Below are positions 37,505-49,609 of a stretch of 64,000 nucleotides of DNA, one piece after another. How positions within the stretch are numbered: the first letter of the stretch is position 1; every line of letters starts with the position of its first letter. Source of the stretch: Cetorhinus maximus (taxonomy: Eukaryota); assembly GCF_964194155.1 (NCBI RefSeq), contig NC_135904.1, forward strand, positions 14,260,001-14,324,000, given 5' to 3'. The notes beneath the pieces are model-generated. The model saw nothing but the letters and a program-made list of their open reading frames with translations. It made no database searches and was not told the origin of the DNA. Made by a program: the position numbers and the translations under genes.

Positions 37505-40500
37505 ACTGACCAGACCTGACCTGGAGTCACTGGCCTAGAGTCTCACTGACCAACACTGGCCCCGAGTCTCACTGACCAACACTGGCCTAGAGTCTCACTG
37601 ACCAACACTGGCCCCGAGTCTCACTGACCAACACTGGCCCCGAGTCTCACTAACCAACACTGGCCCCGAGTCTCACTGACCAACACTGGCCTAGAGTCTC
37701 ACTGACCAACACTGGCCCCGAGTCTCACTGACCAACACTGGCCCCGAGTCTCACTGACCAACACTGGCCTAGAGTCTCACTGACCAACACTGGCCCCGAG
37801 TCTCACTGACCAACACTGGCCCCGAGTCTCACTGACCAACACTGGCCCCGAGTCTCACTGACCAACACTGGCCCGGAGTCTCTCTGACTGACACTGGCCT
37901 AGAGTCTCACTGACCAACACTGGCCCCGAGTCTCACTGACCAACACTGGCCCCAAGTCTCACTGACCAACACTGGCCCCGAGTCTCACTGACCAACACTG
38001 GCCCCGAGTCTCACTAACCAACACTGGCCCGGAGTCTCTCTGACTGACACTGGCCTAGAGTCTCACTGACCAACACTGGCCTAGAGTCTCACTGACCAAC
38101 ACTGGCCCCAAGTCTCACTGACCAACACTGGCCCCGAGTCTCACTGACCAACACTGGCCCCGAGTCTCACTAACCAACACTGGCCCGGAGTCTCTCTGAC
38201 TGACACTGGCCTAGAGTCTCACTGACCAACACTGGCCCCGAGTCTCACTGACCAACACTGGCCCCGAGTCTCACTAACCAACACTGGCCCGGAGTCTCTC
38301 TGACTGACACTGGCCTAGAGTCTCACTGACCAACACTGGCCCCGAGTCTCACTGACCAACACTGGCCCCGAGTCTCACTGACCAACACTGGCCCGGAGTC
38401 TCACTAACCAACACTGGCCCGGAGTCTCTCTGACTGACACTGGCCCTGAGCCTCTCACTGACTGACACTGGCCCGGAGTCTCTCACTGACTGACACTGGC
38501 CTAGAGTCTCATTGACCGACGCTGGCCCGGAGTCTCTCACTGACCGACACTGGCCCGGAGTCTCTCTGACTGACACTGGCCCGGAGTCTCTCACTGACCG
38601 ACACTGGCCCTGAATCTCTCACTGACCGACACTGGCCTAGAGTCTCACTGACCAACACTGGCCCGGAGTCTCTCACTGACTGACACTGGCCCGGAGTCTC
38701 TCTGACTGACACTGGCCCGGAGTCTCTCACTGACTGACACTGGCCCGGAGTCTCTCTGACTGACACTGGCCCGGAGTCTCTCTGACTGACACTGGCCCGG
38801 AGTCTCTCACTGACCGACACTGGCCCTGAATCTCTCACTGACCGACACTGGCCTAGAGTCTCACTGACCAACACTGGCCCGGAGTCTCTCACTGACTGAC
38901 ACTGGTCTGGAGTCTCTCTGACTGACACTGGCCCGGAGTCTCTCACTGACTGACACTGGCCCGGAGTCTCTCTGACTGACACTGGTCTGGAGTCTCTCTG
39001 ACTGACACTGGCCCGGAGTCTCTCACTGACCGACACTGGCCCGGTGTCTCTCTGACTGACACTGGCCCTGGAGTCTCTCACTGACCGACACTGGCCCTGA
39101 ATCTCTCACTGACCGACACTGGCCTAGAGTCTCACTGACCAACACTGGCCTGGAGTCTCTCACTGACTGACACTGGCCCGGAGTCTCTCTGACTGACACT
39201 GGCCCGGAGTCTCTCTGACTGACACTGGCCCGGAGTCTCTCACTGACTGACACTGGCCCGGAGTCTCTCTGACTGACACTGGCCCGGAGTCTCTCACTGA
39301 CTGACACTGGCCCGGAGTCTCTCACTGACTGACACTGGCCCGGAGTCTCTCTGACTGACACTGGCCCGGAGTCTCTCACTGACTGACACTGGCCCGGAGT
39401 CTCTCTGACTGACACTGGCCCGGAGTCTCTCTGACTGACACTGGCCCGGAGTCTCTCACTGACCGACACTGGCCCTGAATCTCTCACTGACCGACACTGG
39501 CCTAGAGTCTCACTGACCAACACTGGCCCGGAGTCTCTCACTGACTGACACTGGTCTGGAGTCTCTCTGACTGACACTGGCCCGGAGTCTCTCACTGACT
39601 GACACTGGCCCGGAGTCTCTCTGACTGACACTGGTCTGGAGTCTCTCTGACTGACACTGGCCCGGAGTCTCTCACTGACCGACACTGGCCCGGTGTCTCT
39701 CTGACTGACACTGGCCCTGGAGTCTCTCACTGACCGACACTGGCCCTGAATCTCTCACTGACCGACACTGGCCTAGAGTCTCACTGACCAACACTGGCCT
39801 GGAGTCTCTCACTGACTGACACTGGCCCGGAGTCTCTCTGACTGACACTGGCCCGGAGTCTCTCTGACTGACACTGGCCCGGAGTCTCTCACTGACTGAC
39901 ACTGGCCCGGAGTCTCTCTGACTGACACTGGCCCGGAGTCTCTCACTGACTGACACTGGCCCGGAGTCTCTCTGACTGACACTGGCCCGGAGTCTCTCAC
40001 TGACTGACACTGGCCCGGAGTCTCTCTGACTGACACTGGCCCGGAGTCTCTCACTGACTGACACTGGCCCGGAGTCTCTCTGACCGACACTGGCCCTGAA
40101 TCTCTCACTGACCGACACTGGCCTAGAGTCTCACTGACCAACACTGGCCTGGAGTCTCTCACTGACTGACACTGGCCCGGAGTCTCTCTGACTGACACTG
40201 GCCCGGAGTCTCTCACTGACTGACACTGGCCTGGGGTTTCCCTGACTGACATTGGCCTGGGACCTCATACTGACCAATACTGGCCAAGAGCCTCTTACTG
40301 ACCAACACTGGCCTGTGGTCTGACACTGACTGACATTGGCCCACAGTCTCACTGACCAACACTGGTCCGGAGTCGCTCACTGACCAACGCTGGTCTGGAG
40401 TCTCTCCCTGACCAACGCTGGTCCGGAGTCTCTCACTGACCGACAGCGGCTGGGGTCTCACACTGACCAACACTGGCCTGGAGTCCCCCACTGAATGACA

Positions 40501-40515
40501 CTGACCTGTGACCCA
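37505..40515. repeat. 3-kb minisatellite array of 26/28-bp monomers (ACTGGCCCGGAGTCTCTCACTGACTGAC and variants)
   Basis: Directly visible tandem repeat of roughly 110 monomers with degenerate edges. Confidence 0.97.
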
Positions 40516-41717
40516 GGAGTTGAATTCAGTACTTGCCCATCCATAAAGGTCTATCTTCATAGTGCCAATCACAGCTCATTTGATCAAATCGGTTATAAAT
40601 GTATTAGTGTAAAACTTGCATTATCAGTCATAACCTTATGGTAATTTTGTATTATATAGTATTAAAGATTAAAATGGAATATTCCAATAATTTCAAAGCA
40701 ATTTTAGCAGATTGAATGTTCAGACAAGTGATGGTCTTTCCTGTTTTGCCATGTTGCTGAGTGGGCTGGAATGGGATGAGGTGCCGAGATTCCATAAGGA
40801 AAGCAATCAGCAGCTTCGCACATCAGCCCCGAATGCTGCTTGGGAAAGTGGCTTGCTCTTACTGCGCCCTCGATACTCCAGGCAAAACCAATAGACATTG
40901 TCAGGTTAATCATTAGTCTATCTTTTGGTGTAAACACATAGTTGCACAATTTGTTTGAAGACTGACCTAGAAAAGGCAATAGCAAACTTGCTGAAGGACA
41001 CAGAGGCCTTGGGTTGATGGGAAAAGAGGCGTTTGCATGATTAATGGTCCCTGGAATCTGGCCTTACATGAAAGATTACATTCTCAGAGAGCCATGAGCC
41101 AGAGTTACGTTGGTGTTTAAGAGGGCGTAGTCACAAACTCGCCCTCTGGTCTCTTCTGTTGCCTAGGCGATCACAAATTATCAATACTTGAGATGTTGCC
41201 AACTTGGAACATTTAACTTTAGAGAAATGTGAAGGTCAGGTGTAAATTGCACTCTTGATACAAGCCTCAGATCAGCCATGATCTAACTGAATAGCAGAAT
41301 ATGCTCAAGGGCCCGAATGGCCTCCTCCTGCCCAGAGTTTCCCTTCTAACCTCACTCGCTTCATAAATAGCGTTGGAGGTCTCCAGGAAGCGGTTCAATG
41401 GGTGAGAAAGTTGATGTGTTTGGATTTGATAAAGGGATTTTATAGGGTAGATACAGAGCAACTCATTTCCACTGGTGGGGAATCTAGAACAAGGGAAACA
41501 ATATTAAAGCTGGACTATTCGTGAGTGAAATTGGGAAGCACTTCATCACAGAGGGGAGTGGAAATCTGGAATTCTCTCACTCAAAGGGCTGTAAATCAAT
41601 TGAAATTTTCAAGAATGAGTTCAATAGCTTTATATTCAGTAAAAGCATCAAGACCTTGTGGATCAACAGTGAGTAAATGGAGTAGCGGGTACAGATCAGC
41701 TATGATCTAACTGAAAG

Positions 41718-44700
41718 TGACGCTTCAAGTGTCCCGGACAACTACCTCTGCAGGAAGTGTACCCAATTGCAGCTCCTCACAGACCACGTGGATCGGTTGG
41801 AGCAGCAGTTGGAGGCACTTAGGAGCATTCAGGTTGCGGAAAGCGTCATTGACGGGAGTTTTGGAGACATGGTCACACCCAAGGTACAGACAGATAGATG
41901 GGTGACCGCTAGAAGGGGCAGGCAGTCAGTGCAGAAATCCCCTGTGACTGTCCCCCTCTCTAACAGGTATACCGTTTTGGATACTGTTGGGGGGGATGGC
42001 CTATCAGGGGAAAATAACAGCAGTAGCCAGAGCAATGGCACCATGGCTGTCTCTGTTGTTCAGCAGGGAGGGGTCAAAGCACAGAAGAGCAATTGTCATA
42101 GGGGACTCTATAGTCAGGGGCTCAGATAGGTGCTTCTGTGGTTGTGAAAGAGACACCAGGATGGTATGTTGCCTCCCTGGTGCCATGGTCCAGGATGTCT
42201 CTGATCAGGTATGGGACATTCTGAAGGGGGAGGGAGAACAGCCAGAGGTCGTGGTACACATTGGTACTAACGATATAGGCAGGAAGAGTGACGAGGTCCT
42301 GCAGCGGGAGTTCAGGGAGTTAGGCAGAAAGTTATAAAACAGGACCTCTAGGGTTGTAATCTCAGGATTACTCCTTGTGCCACGTGCCAGTGAGGCTAGA
42401 AATAGGAAGATAGTGCAGCTGAACACGTGGCTGAACAGATGGTGTAGGAGGGAGGGTTTCTGATATCTGGATCATTGGGATCTCTTCCGGGGCAGGTGGG
42501 ACCTGTACAAGAAGGACGGGTTGCATCTAAACTGGAGGGGCACCAATATCCTGGCTGCGAGGTTTGCTAGTGTCACTCGGGAGGGTTTAAACTGGTATGG
42601 CAGGGGGGTGGGAACCAGAGCAATAGGTCAGCAGGTGAAATAAATGACTGGGAACCAGTGAATATGGCCAGTAGGACTAAGAGGAAGAGCTGGCAGGGAG
42701 AAATTACTGAACACAGTGGGACTGGGGGTCTGAAATGCATTTGTTTCAATGCGAGAAGTATAACAGGCAAGGCAGATGAGCTTAGAGCTTGGATTAGTAC
42801 TTGGGACTATGATGTTATTGCTATTACAGAGACTTGGTTGAAGGATGGACAGGATTGGCAGATAAATTTTCCATAATTTAGATGTTTCAGGCAGGATAGA
42901 GAGGGATGTAGAAGAGGTGGGGGAGTTGCACTGCTGGTTAAGGGGAATATCACAGCTGTACGACAAGAGGACACCTTGGTGGGCTCATGCAGTGAGGCAT
43001 TATGGGTAGAGTTCCGGAATAGGAAGGGTGCAGTCACAATGTTGGGGGTTTACTATAGGCCTCCCAATTGCCGGCGAGAGATTGAGGAGCAGTTATGTAG
43101 GCAGATTTTGGAAAGATGTAAAAGCAATAGGGTTGATGTGGTGGGTGATTTTAACTTTCCCTATATTGACTGGGAATCACTTAGTGCTAGGGGTTTGGAT
43201 GGTGCAGAATTTGTAAGGTGCATCCAGGAAGACTTCCTGAGACAATATGTAGATAGTCCAACTAGGGAAGGGGCAATACTGGACCTGGTATTAGGGAATG
43301 AACCCGACCAGTTGGCCGAGGTTTCAGTAGGGGAGCATTTCGGGAAAAGTGACCATAATTCAGTAAGTTTCAAGGTACTGGTGGATAAGGATAACAGGAG
43401 TCCTCGGGTTAAGGTGCTTAATTGGGGTAAGGCTAATTATAACAATATTAGGCAGGAACTGAGGAATCTAGACTGGAGACGGATGTTTGAGGGCAAATCA
43501 ACAACTGACACGTGGGGGGCTTTCAAACGTCAGTTGATAAGAATTCAGGACTGGCATGTTCCTGCTAGGATGAAGGATAAGTATGGCAAGCTTCAGGAAC
43601 CTTGGATAACGAAGGATATTGTGAAATTAGTCAAAAAGAAAAGGGAAGCATTCGTAAGGGCTAGAAGGCTGGGAACAGATGAAGCCCGTGGAGAATATAA
43701 AGAAAGTAGGAAGAAACTTAAGCAAGGAGTCAGGAGGGCTAAAAGGGGTCATGAAAAGTCACTGGCAACCAGGATTAAGGAAAATCCCAAGGCCTTTTAT
43801 ACATATGTAAAAAGCAAGAGGGTAGCCAGGGAAAGGGTGGGCCCACTCAGGGACAGAGGTGGGAATCTGTGTGTGGAGCCAGAAGAAATGGGAGAGATAC
43901 TAAATGAATACTTCTCATCAGTATTCACCAAAGAGAAGGACTTAGTGGTCGATTTGTCTAGGGAAGAGTGTATAGATAGCCTGGATCATGTTGAGATCAA
44001 AAAAGAGGTGTTAGGCGTCTTGAAGAATATTAAGATGGATAAGTCCCCAGGGCCAGATGGGATCTACCCCAGAGTACTAAGGGAGGCAAGGGAGGAGATT
44101 GCTGGGGCCTTGACAGAAATCTTTGTATCCTCACTGGCTACGGGTGAGGTCCCAGAGGACTGGAGAATGGCCAATGTTGTTCCATTGTTTAAGAAAGGTA
44201 GCAGGGATAATCCAGGAAATTACAGGCCGGTGAGCCTTACGTCGATGGTAGGGAAATTATTGGAGATGATTCTTCGTGACAAGATTTACTACCATTTGGA
44301 AGCAAATGGGCGTATTAGTGAGAGGCAGCATGGTTTTGTGAAGGAGAGGTCATGTCTCACTAACTTGATCGAGTTTTTCGAGGAAGTGACAAAGATGATC
44401 GATGATGGAAGGGCAGTGGATGTTTTCTACATGGTTTTCAGTAAGGCCTTTGACAAGGACCCTCATGGCAGACTGGTACAGAAGGTAAAGTCGCACAGGA
44501 TCAGAGGTGAGCTGGCAAGATGGTTACAGAATTGGCTTGGTCATAGAAGACAGAGGTAGCAGTGGAAGGGTGCTTTTCTGAATGGAGAGCTGTGACTAGT
44601 GGAGTTCCGCAGGGATCAGTGCTGGGACCTTTGCTGTTTGTAGTATACATAAATGATTTGGAGGAAAATGTAACTGGGCTAATTAGTAAGTTTGCAGACG

Positions 44701-45614
44701 ACACTAAGGTTGGAGGAGTTGCAGATAGTGAAGAGGATTGTCAAAGGATACAACGGGATATAGATCGGTTGGAGACTTGGGCAGAGAAATGGCAGATAGA
44801 GTTTAATCCGGACAAATGCGAGGTAATGCATTTTGGAAGGTCTAATACAGGCAGGAATTATACAGTAAATGGCAGAACCCTTAAGTGCATCGACGGGCAG
44901 AGGAATCTGGGTGTACAGGTCCACAGGTCACTAAAAGTGACAACGCAGGTGGATAAGGTAGTCAGGAAGGCATATGGCATGCTTGCCTTCATTGGCACGG
45001 GTATTGAGTATAAAAGCTGGGAAGTCATGCTGCAGCTGTATAGAACCTTGGTTAGGCCACACTTGGAATATTGCGTGCAATTCTGGTCGTCACATTACCA
45101 GTAGGATATGGAGGCGTTGGAGAGGGTGCAGAGGAGGTTTACCAGGATGCTGCCTGGTCTGGAGGTTATTAGCTATGAGGAGAGGTTGGAGAAACTCGGA
45201 TTGTTCTCACTAGAGCGACGGAGATTGAGGGGCGACTTGATAGAAGTTTACAAAATTATGAGTGGCATGGACAGAGTAGATAGTCAGAAGCTTTTTCCCA
45301 GGGTGGAAGAGTCAATTACTAGGGGACATAGATTTAAGGTGAGAGGAGAAAACTACAGAGGAGATGTGCAGGGCAATCTTTTTACACAGAGGGTAGTGAG
45401 TGTCTGGAATTCACTGCCAGAGGAGGTGGTGGAAGCAGGTACGATAGTGGTGTTTAAGAGGCAGCTTGACAAATACATGAAGAGGATGGGAATAGAGGGA
45501 TACGGACCTCATAAGTGCAAAATGTTTTAGTTGTCGGGCAATATGATGGGCGCAGGCTTGGAGGGCCGAAGGGCCTGTTCCTGTGCTGTACTTCTCTTTG
45601 TTCTTTGTTCTTTG
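41718..45614 (+). mobile_element. Near full-length young but inactive CR1 LINE (ORF1 zinc-finger/leucine-zipper plus SGNH esterase; ORF2 APE-RT)
   Basis: ORF1: YLCRKCTQLQLL, AIVIGDSIVRG, VVVHIGTNDIG, DGLHLN. ORF2 ~42660-45530 has a stop at 42874-42876, a frameshift near 44556 and a stop at 45102-45104; FADD is intact. (TTCTTTG)n tail; TGAAAG direct repeat at both ends. Confidence 0.95.
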
Positions 45615-46105
45615 AAAGGCAGAACAGGCTGGAGGTACTGACTAGCCTCCTCCTGTTCCTATGTAATTTGTAGCTGATTATACATCAGATGTAAAGTTTC
45701 CAATCATTATATAGTCAGTTAAGGGAAAGAAAGCACTCAACAGATCTAATGCTGAGAAATGGCTGCTAATATCAAGCAATATTGATCCTTCCTTCCCACT
45801 ATCAACCTACAATTGGATTTCTTGCTTCTCAGGGAGCTTTACAGCTTCTGAACACAAAATCATGACAAATATCTGCTGTTTCCACTCTGTGAGCTTTAAC
45901 TGGTTGAGAACTGTTTCCTGTCGTGTTAGTTAAGCCTTTTGTGTGAAGACTCAGCCAAGTGCCAAAGATGAGAGGTGCAGCAAAATGGGGGTACTGGGGT
46001 TTTAATGGCTTATTTTGCCCTTCTTAGAGCCACTCTTCGATTTTCACAAACCCCTCACTTAACCATATGTTTCCTGTTCTAGTTCCATGGGATCTTTTAC
46101 ATCCT

Positions 46106-46255
46106 CTTGGTCACATTGCTGTTTGTGGGAGTTTGCTGTGCACAAAATTGGCTACCGTGTTTCCTACATTACAGCAGTGACAGTACTTCATTGGCTGTAA
46201 AGTACTTTGAGATGTCCAGTAGGCCTGAAAGGCGCTACATAAATGCAAGTCTTTC
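46106..46255 (+). mobile_element. DeuSINE 3' fragment
   Basis: cacattgctgtttgtgggagtttgctgtgcacaaaattggct...gaaaggcgctacataaatgcaagt. Confidence 0.8.
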
Positions 46256-46380
46256 CCTTTTTTGTGCTGAATCACAGCCAATTCTACTCCAGGCCCTTTC
46301 TCCTGATTCCTCTCTCTCTTGGATTCTCATTCAGGTTGAAATTGGCACTTTTCACCCTCAGTAACATTTCACACAGCAAG

Positions 46381-46660
46381 TGGTCAGGATCTGGAATGCA
46401 CTGCCTGAGAGTGTGGTAGAGGCAGGGTCACTCGAATGGTTAGGATCTGAAATGCACTGCCTGAGAGTGTGGTAGAGGCAGGGTCACTCGAATGGTTAGG
46501 ATCTGGAATGCACTGCCCGAGAGTGTGGTGGAGACAGGGTCAATCGAATGGTTAGGATCTGGAATGCACTGCCTGAGAGTGTGGTAGAGGCAGGGTCACT
46601 CGAATGGTTAGGATCTGGAATGCACTGCCTGAGAGTGTGGGGGAGACAGGGTCAATTGTG
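46381..46660 (+). repeat. Five tandem 56-bp copies of a CR1 3' segment, inside a CR1 tail (46365-46810)
   Basis: Unit TGGTTAGGATCTGGAATGCACTGCCTGAGAGTGTGGTAGAGGCAGGGTCACTCGAA starts at 46381, 46437, 46493, 46549 and 46605. Confidence 0.95.
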
Positions 46661-47077
46661 GCTTTCAAAACAGGGAAGAGAAAAAATTTACAGGGCTGCA
46701 GGGTAAAGGTGGGGCAGTGGCTCTAGCTGATTGCCCTTGCAAAGGCATGGACACAATGGGCCGAGTGGCCTTCTTCTGTGCTGTAACCATTCAATGATTC
46801 TATCCTATGATTCCCCCGGAACTGAATTAGAAATCAAACTTTTTCTCCATCATTAAGACTACAAACTTTCATCTCTGCAGCATCCCCTGTCTTTGTTCCT
46901 TCTCCCCATCTCTGCTGCTGAATCCATTAACCACATTGCCTCAAGCCTCAACTTTTTGAATGATTGCCTTGTTAACCTGCCAAGTTCTTCCCTAAACAAA
47001 CTCAAAGTTCTTCAAGGTCCCACCATCTCTATCTGGCACTAGGTCTCCCTCGGCCAATAACCTCTTTCCTCCAGAAT

Positions 47078-47390
47078 GAAAGCAAAATACTGCGGACGCT
47101 GGAAATCTGAAATCAAAACAGAGAATGCTGGAAAAATTTAGCAGGTCTGGCAACATCTGTGGAGAAAGAAAGAGAGTTAACGTTTCGAGTCCTCTCTCCT
47201 CTGGTTATTCCTTATATTTTCCTCAAACCTTTTTGCATCACAGTCTCCTAAAAATCTACTATTTCAGGTCATTCACCTTTCATCAGATCTTCCGATGAAA
47301 GATCATTGACCTGAAATGTTAACTCTGTTTCTCTCTCCACAGATGCTGCTTGACCTTCTGAGTGTTTCTAGGTTTTATTTGTTCTTATTT
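47078..47390. mobile_element. Inverted pair of Penelope terminal-repeat fragments
   Basis: 47078-47192 (aaagcaaaatactgcgga.gctggaaatc...gttaacgtttcgagtc) and the opposite-orientation piece at 47290-47390. Confidence 0.78.
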
Positions 47391-47536
47391 AAGGAATTAA
47401 GGAGCTTTGTTTCCTGACATTGTGCTTTCCATTTCCCGTGCTGAGGATATTCCAGGGATATTGCAGTGAAAAATCTCTTGATTAATGCTCTGGTCCATGG
47501 ATTTGTCCCACTCAATCCCTTTGAACTTGTACCTGG

Positions 47537-47817
47537 TGTTATGTTCTACTGCAGGGTCGCTTTGCTTGTGAACCAGTTGCACGTTTATCTGGCAGGTAAG
47601 TCGATTACAATATACTGCGGACGCAGAGACCAATATGAAATGAAGCACGTACTATTTATTTACACAAACAACAGAGCACTAACATGATGTGTGTTTCTCC
47701 AACCAGACCCTACTCTAGGCTAACGTTAACATGGTAGTCCACGCTGCACAGCTATTGGGTCTTACAGTCAATCTGCTCACAGTTTCTTAAAGGGGCAATA
47801 CACCTCAGATCACCACA
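47537..47817 (-). mobile_element. Solo LTR, 281 bp
   Basis: TG...CA termini; perfect 5-bp TSD CCTGG (47532-47536 and 47818-47822); minus-strand TATA-like CCCCTTTAAG (47795-47786) upstream of AATAAA (47660-47655). Confidence 0.8.
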
Positions 47818-48767
47818 CCTGGAAAGATGGAATTGTCAATAAAGCAGGTGAAGGAAGATTGGACAGTGAATCACCTGAATATAGCCAGAGAGAACAATAC
47901 AGTTACACAACACACTGGAGGATCAAAGGATCATTGGGTGACCGAGTGACACGAAGCACATTTAATACTCTGCCGAGCTCCCATCCTCGGCCTTGTTGTT
48001 GAATGGAAGCCTTTCAATAATCTCCAAATGGCTGATTCAGCCTCTTGATTACAGGAAATGTGTGGGGAAACTAGGCTGAAATCACGTGACAGGAAAAAGA
48101 GAAATACCTTGGGGGGGGGGGAAAAAAATGAAGAAAATGATTTGGGTTTGAAATAATTAAACCAAAGTCTCCAATAATTCATTGTGGAGTTGGGAGCTGT
48201 TTTGTAACATTCTTATGACAGGTGTGATACTGGAGTCACTCCACAAGGCTGGGGTTCCCACCTACACTCAACATGTGGTAAATATGTGTTCTCACTGCTG
48301 TAATAGATTCCAGAGCAGTTTGCAGTCATCTGTTATCCAGCTTGATTTAAATGGCAGCAACTCTCGTTTTGTTAGAAAGTTGTGGGTTGAAGCCCCACTT
48401 CAGCTGGCATCTCAGTGCGGTTACAGGGAGACCGAGACAGCTATACTGTTAGAAGTGATGTCTTTCAGGGGAAACTTTAAATCAGATCCTGGCTGTATCG
48501 TCAGGTGATTATACAAAGCTAATACCGTCTCATTGCTTTTCTATTCCATGCCTCTCATGTTCGGTCTGTTTATTTGTGACATTATCTACTTATGTTGCCA
48601 CTGTTAAATTTGCTAATGACCGATCCAACTCCCTTACTCCATTTAAACTCTTGCCACTGAAGATAAATTCCTTCTAAAATTACATTATTTGACATCTTTC
48701 TGTATTGAACTGCATCTACCCCTCAGTCTATCTCCAACCTGCACCCCCATTATGCCCTCACCCTGTG

Positions 48768-48948
48768 CCCTCCCCCCTGCCCCCCAACCCCACCCCCCAC
48801 TCCCCCCCCAAACCCCCAACCCCCCAACCCCACCCCCCCAAACCCCAACCCCACCCCCCCCAAACCCCCAACCCCCCCCAAACCCCCAAACCCACCCCCC
48901 ACTCCCCCCCAAACCCCCAAACCCACCCCCCACTCCCCCCCAAACCCT
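48768..48948. repeat. C-rich low-complexity repeat (CCCCAA/CCCCAC variants)
   Basis: Directly visible. Confidence 0.9.
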
Positions 48949-49609
48949 GCACAATCTGGGCTGCTGGGTTGCACTATTTTTCACAAAGCAGGATATAGAG
49001 GGACAACCAGAGCTCCTCAAAAATCTAATCGCATTTGGATGAAAGATTTGAAAGGTTTTCTGTTATTGAGTGGAGTGTCTGAGTGAGTGACTAAGTGACT
49101 TTGGCAATTGGTTATTTTTATCTGCAGCTTATAGAAACAATGATTCAAGTGTAACATTTCTTGACAAGCTAGTGATGTGGGTGGATTCAACAGCGCAATC
49201 TGGAGTCCCACAGTTTTTTTGTTGTAAGTGAGAAGTTATCTGTACATTTTAGAAAACAGGAGCACAGGAGATCTAAGGAGAGGTTAGTAATCAAAAGACA
49301 AAATTAGACCTTTCACACATTTAAGGGTTGAGAGTTCTTTTGCTTTTTATTTGAGGGTGTTGGATTAGACTCTATTTGATCTTTCAGCTCCTTTCTCTGT
49401 CATAAGTACCTTGCAGGCTCATCATAGCATAAATTATATGTTATAACTCAGCAACGTCTCAGCAGTCACCGAGGATGTGGTGTCACACACACAGTGTGGC
49501 TCCAAGTGGAATAATCTGAACCCCGCATCACAGGTTCATGAGTCATTAAACTGAGGCTTAATTCCATTAAATGTTTGATTTCTTCCAGAAGAAGATTGCA
49601 CTATTACAC

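Noticed and set aside
37505-40515. Long minus-strand ORFs (up to 235 aa) and a CRISPR-like look of the array
   Set aside because: The ORFs are translations of a stop-poor tandem repeat. There are no unique spacers or cas genes, and the context is eukaryotic.
48685-49042. Pro-rich and Gly-rich ORFs, and a possible interstitial telomere
   Set aside because: Low-complexity C-rich DNA; the units are irregular and not TTAGGG.
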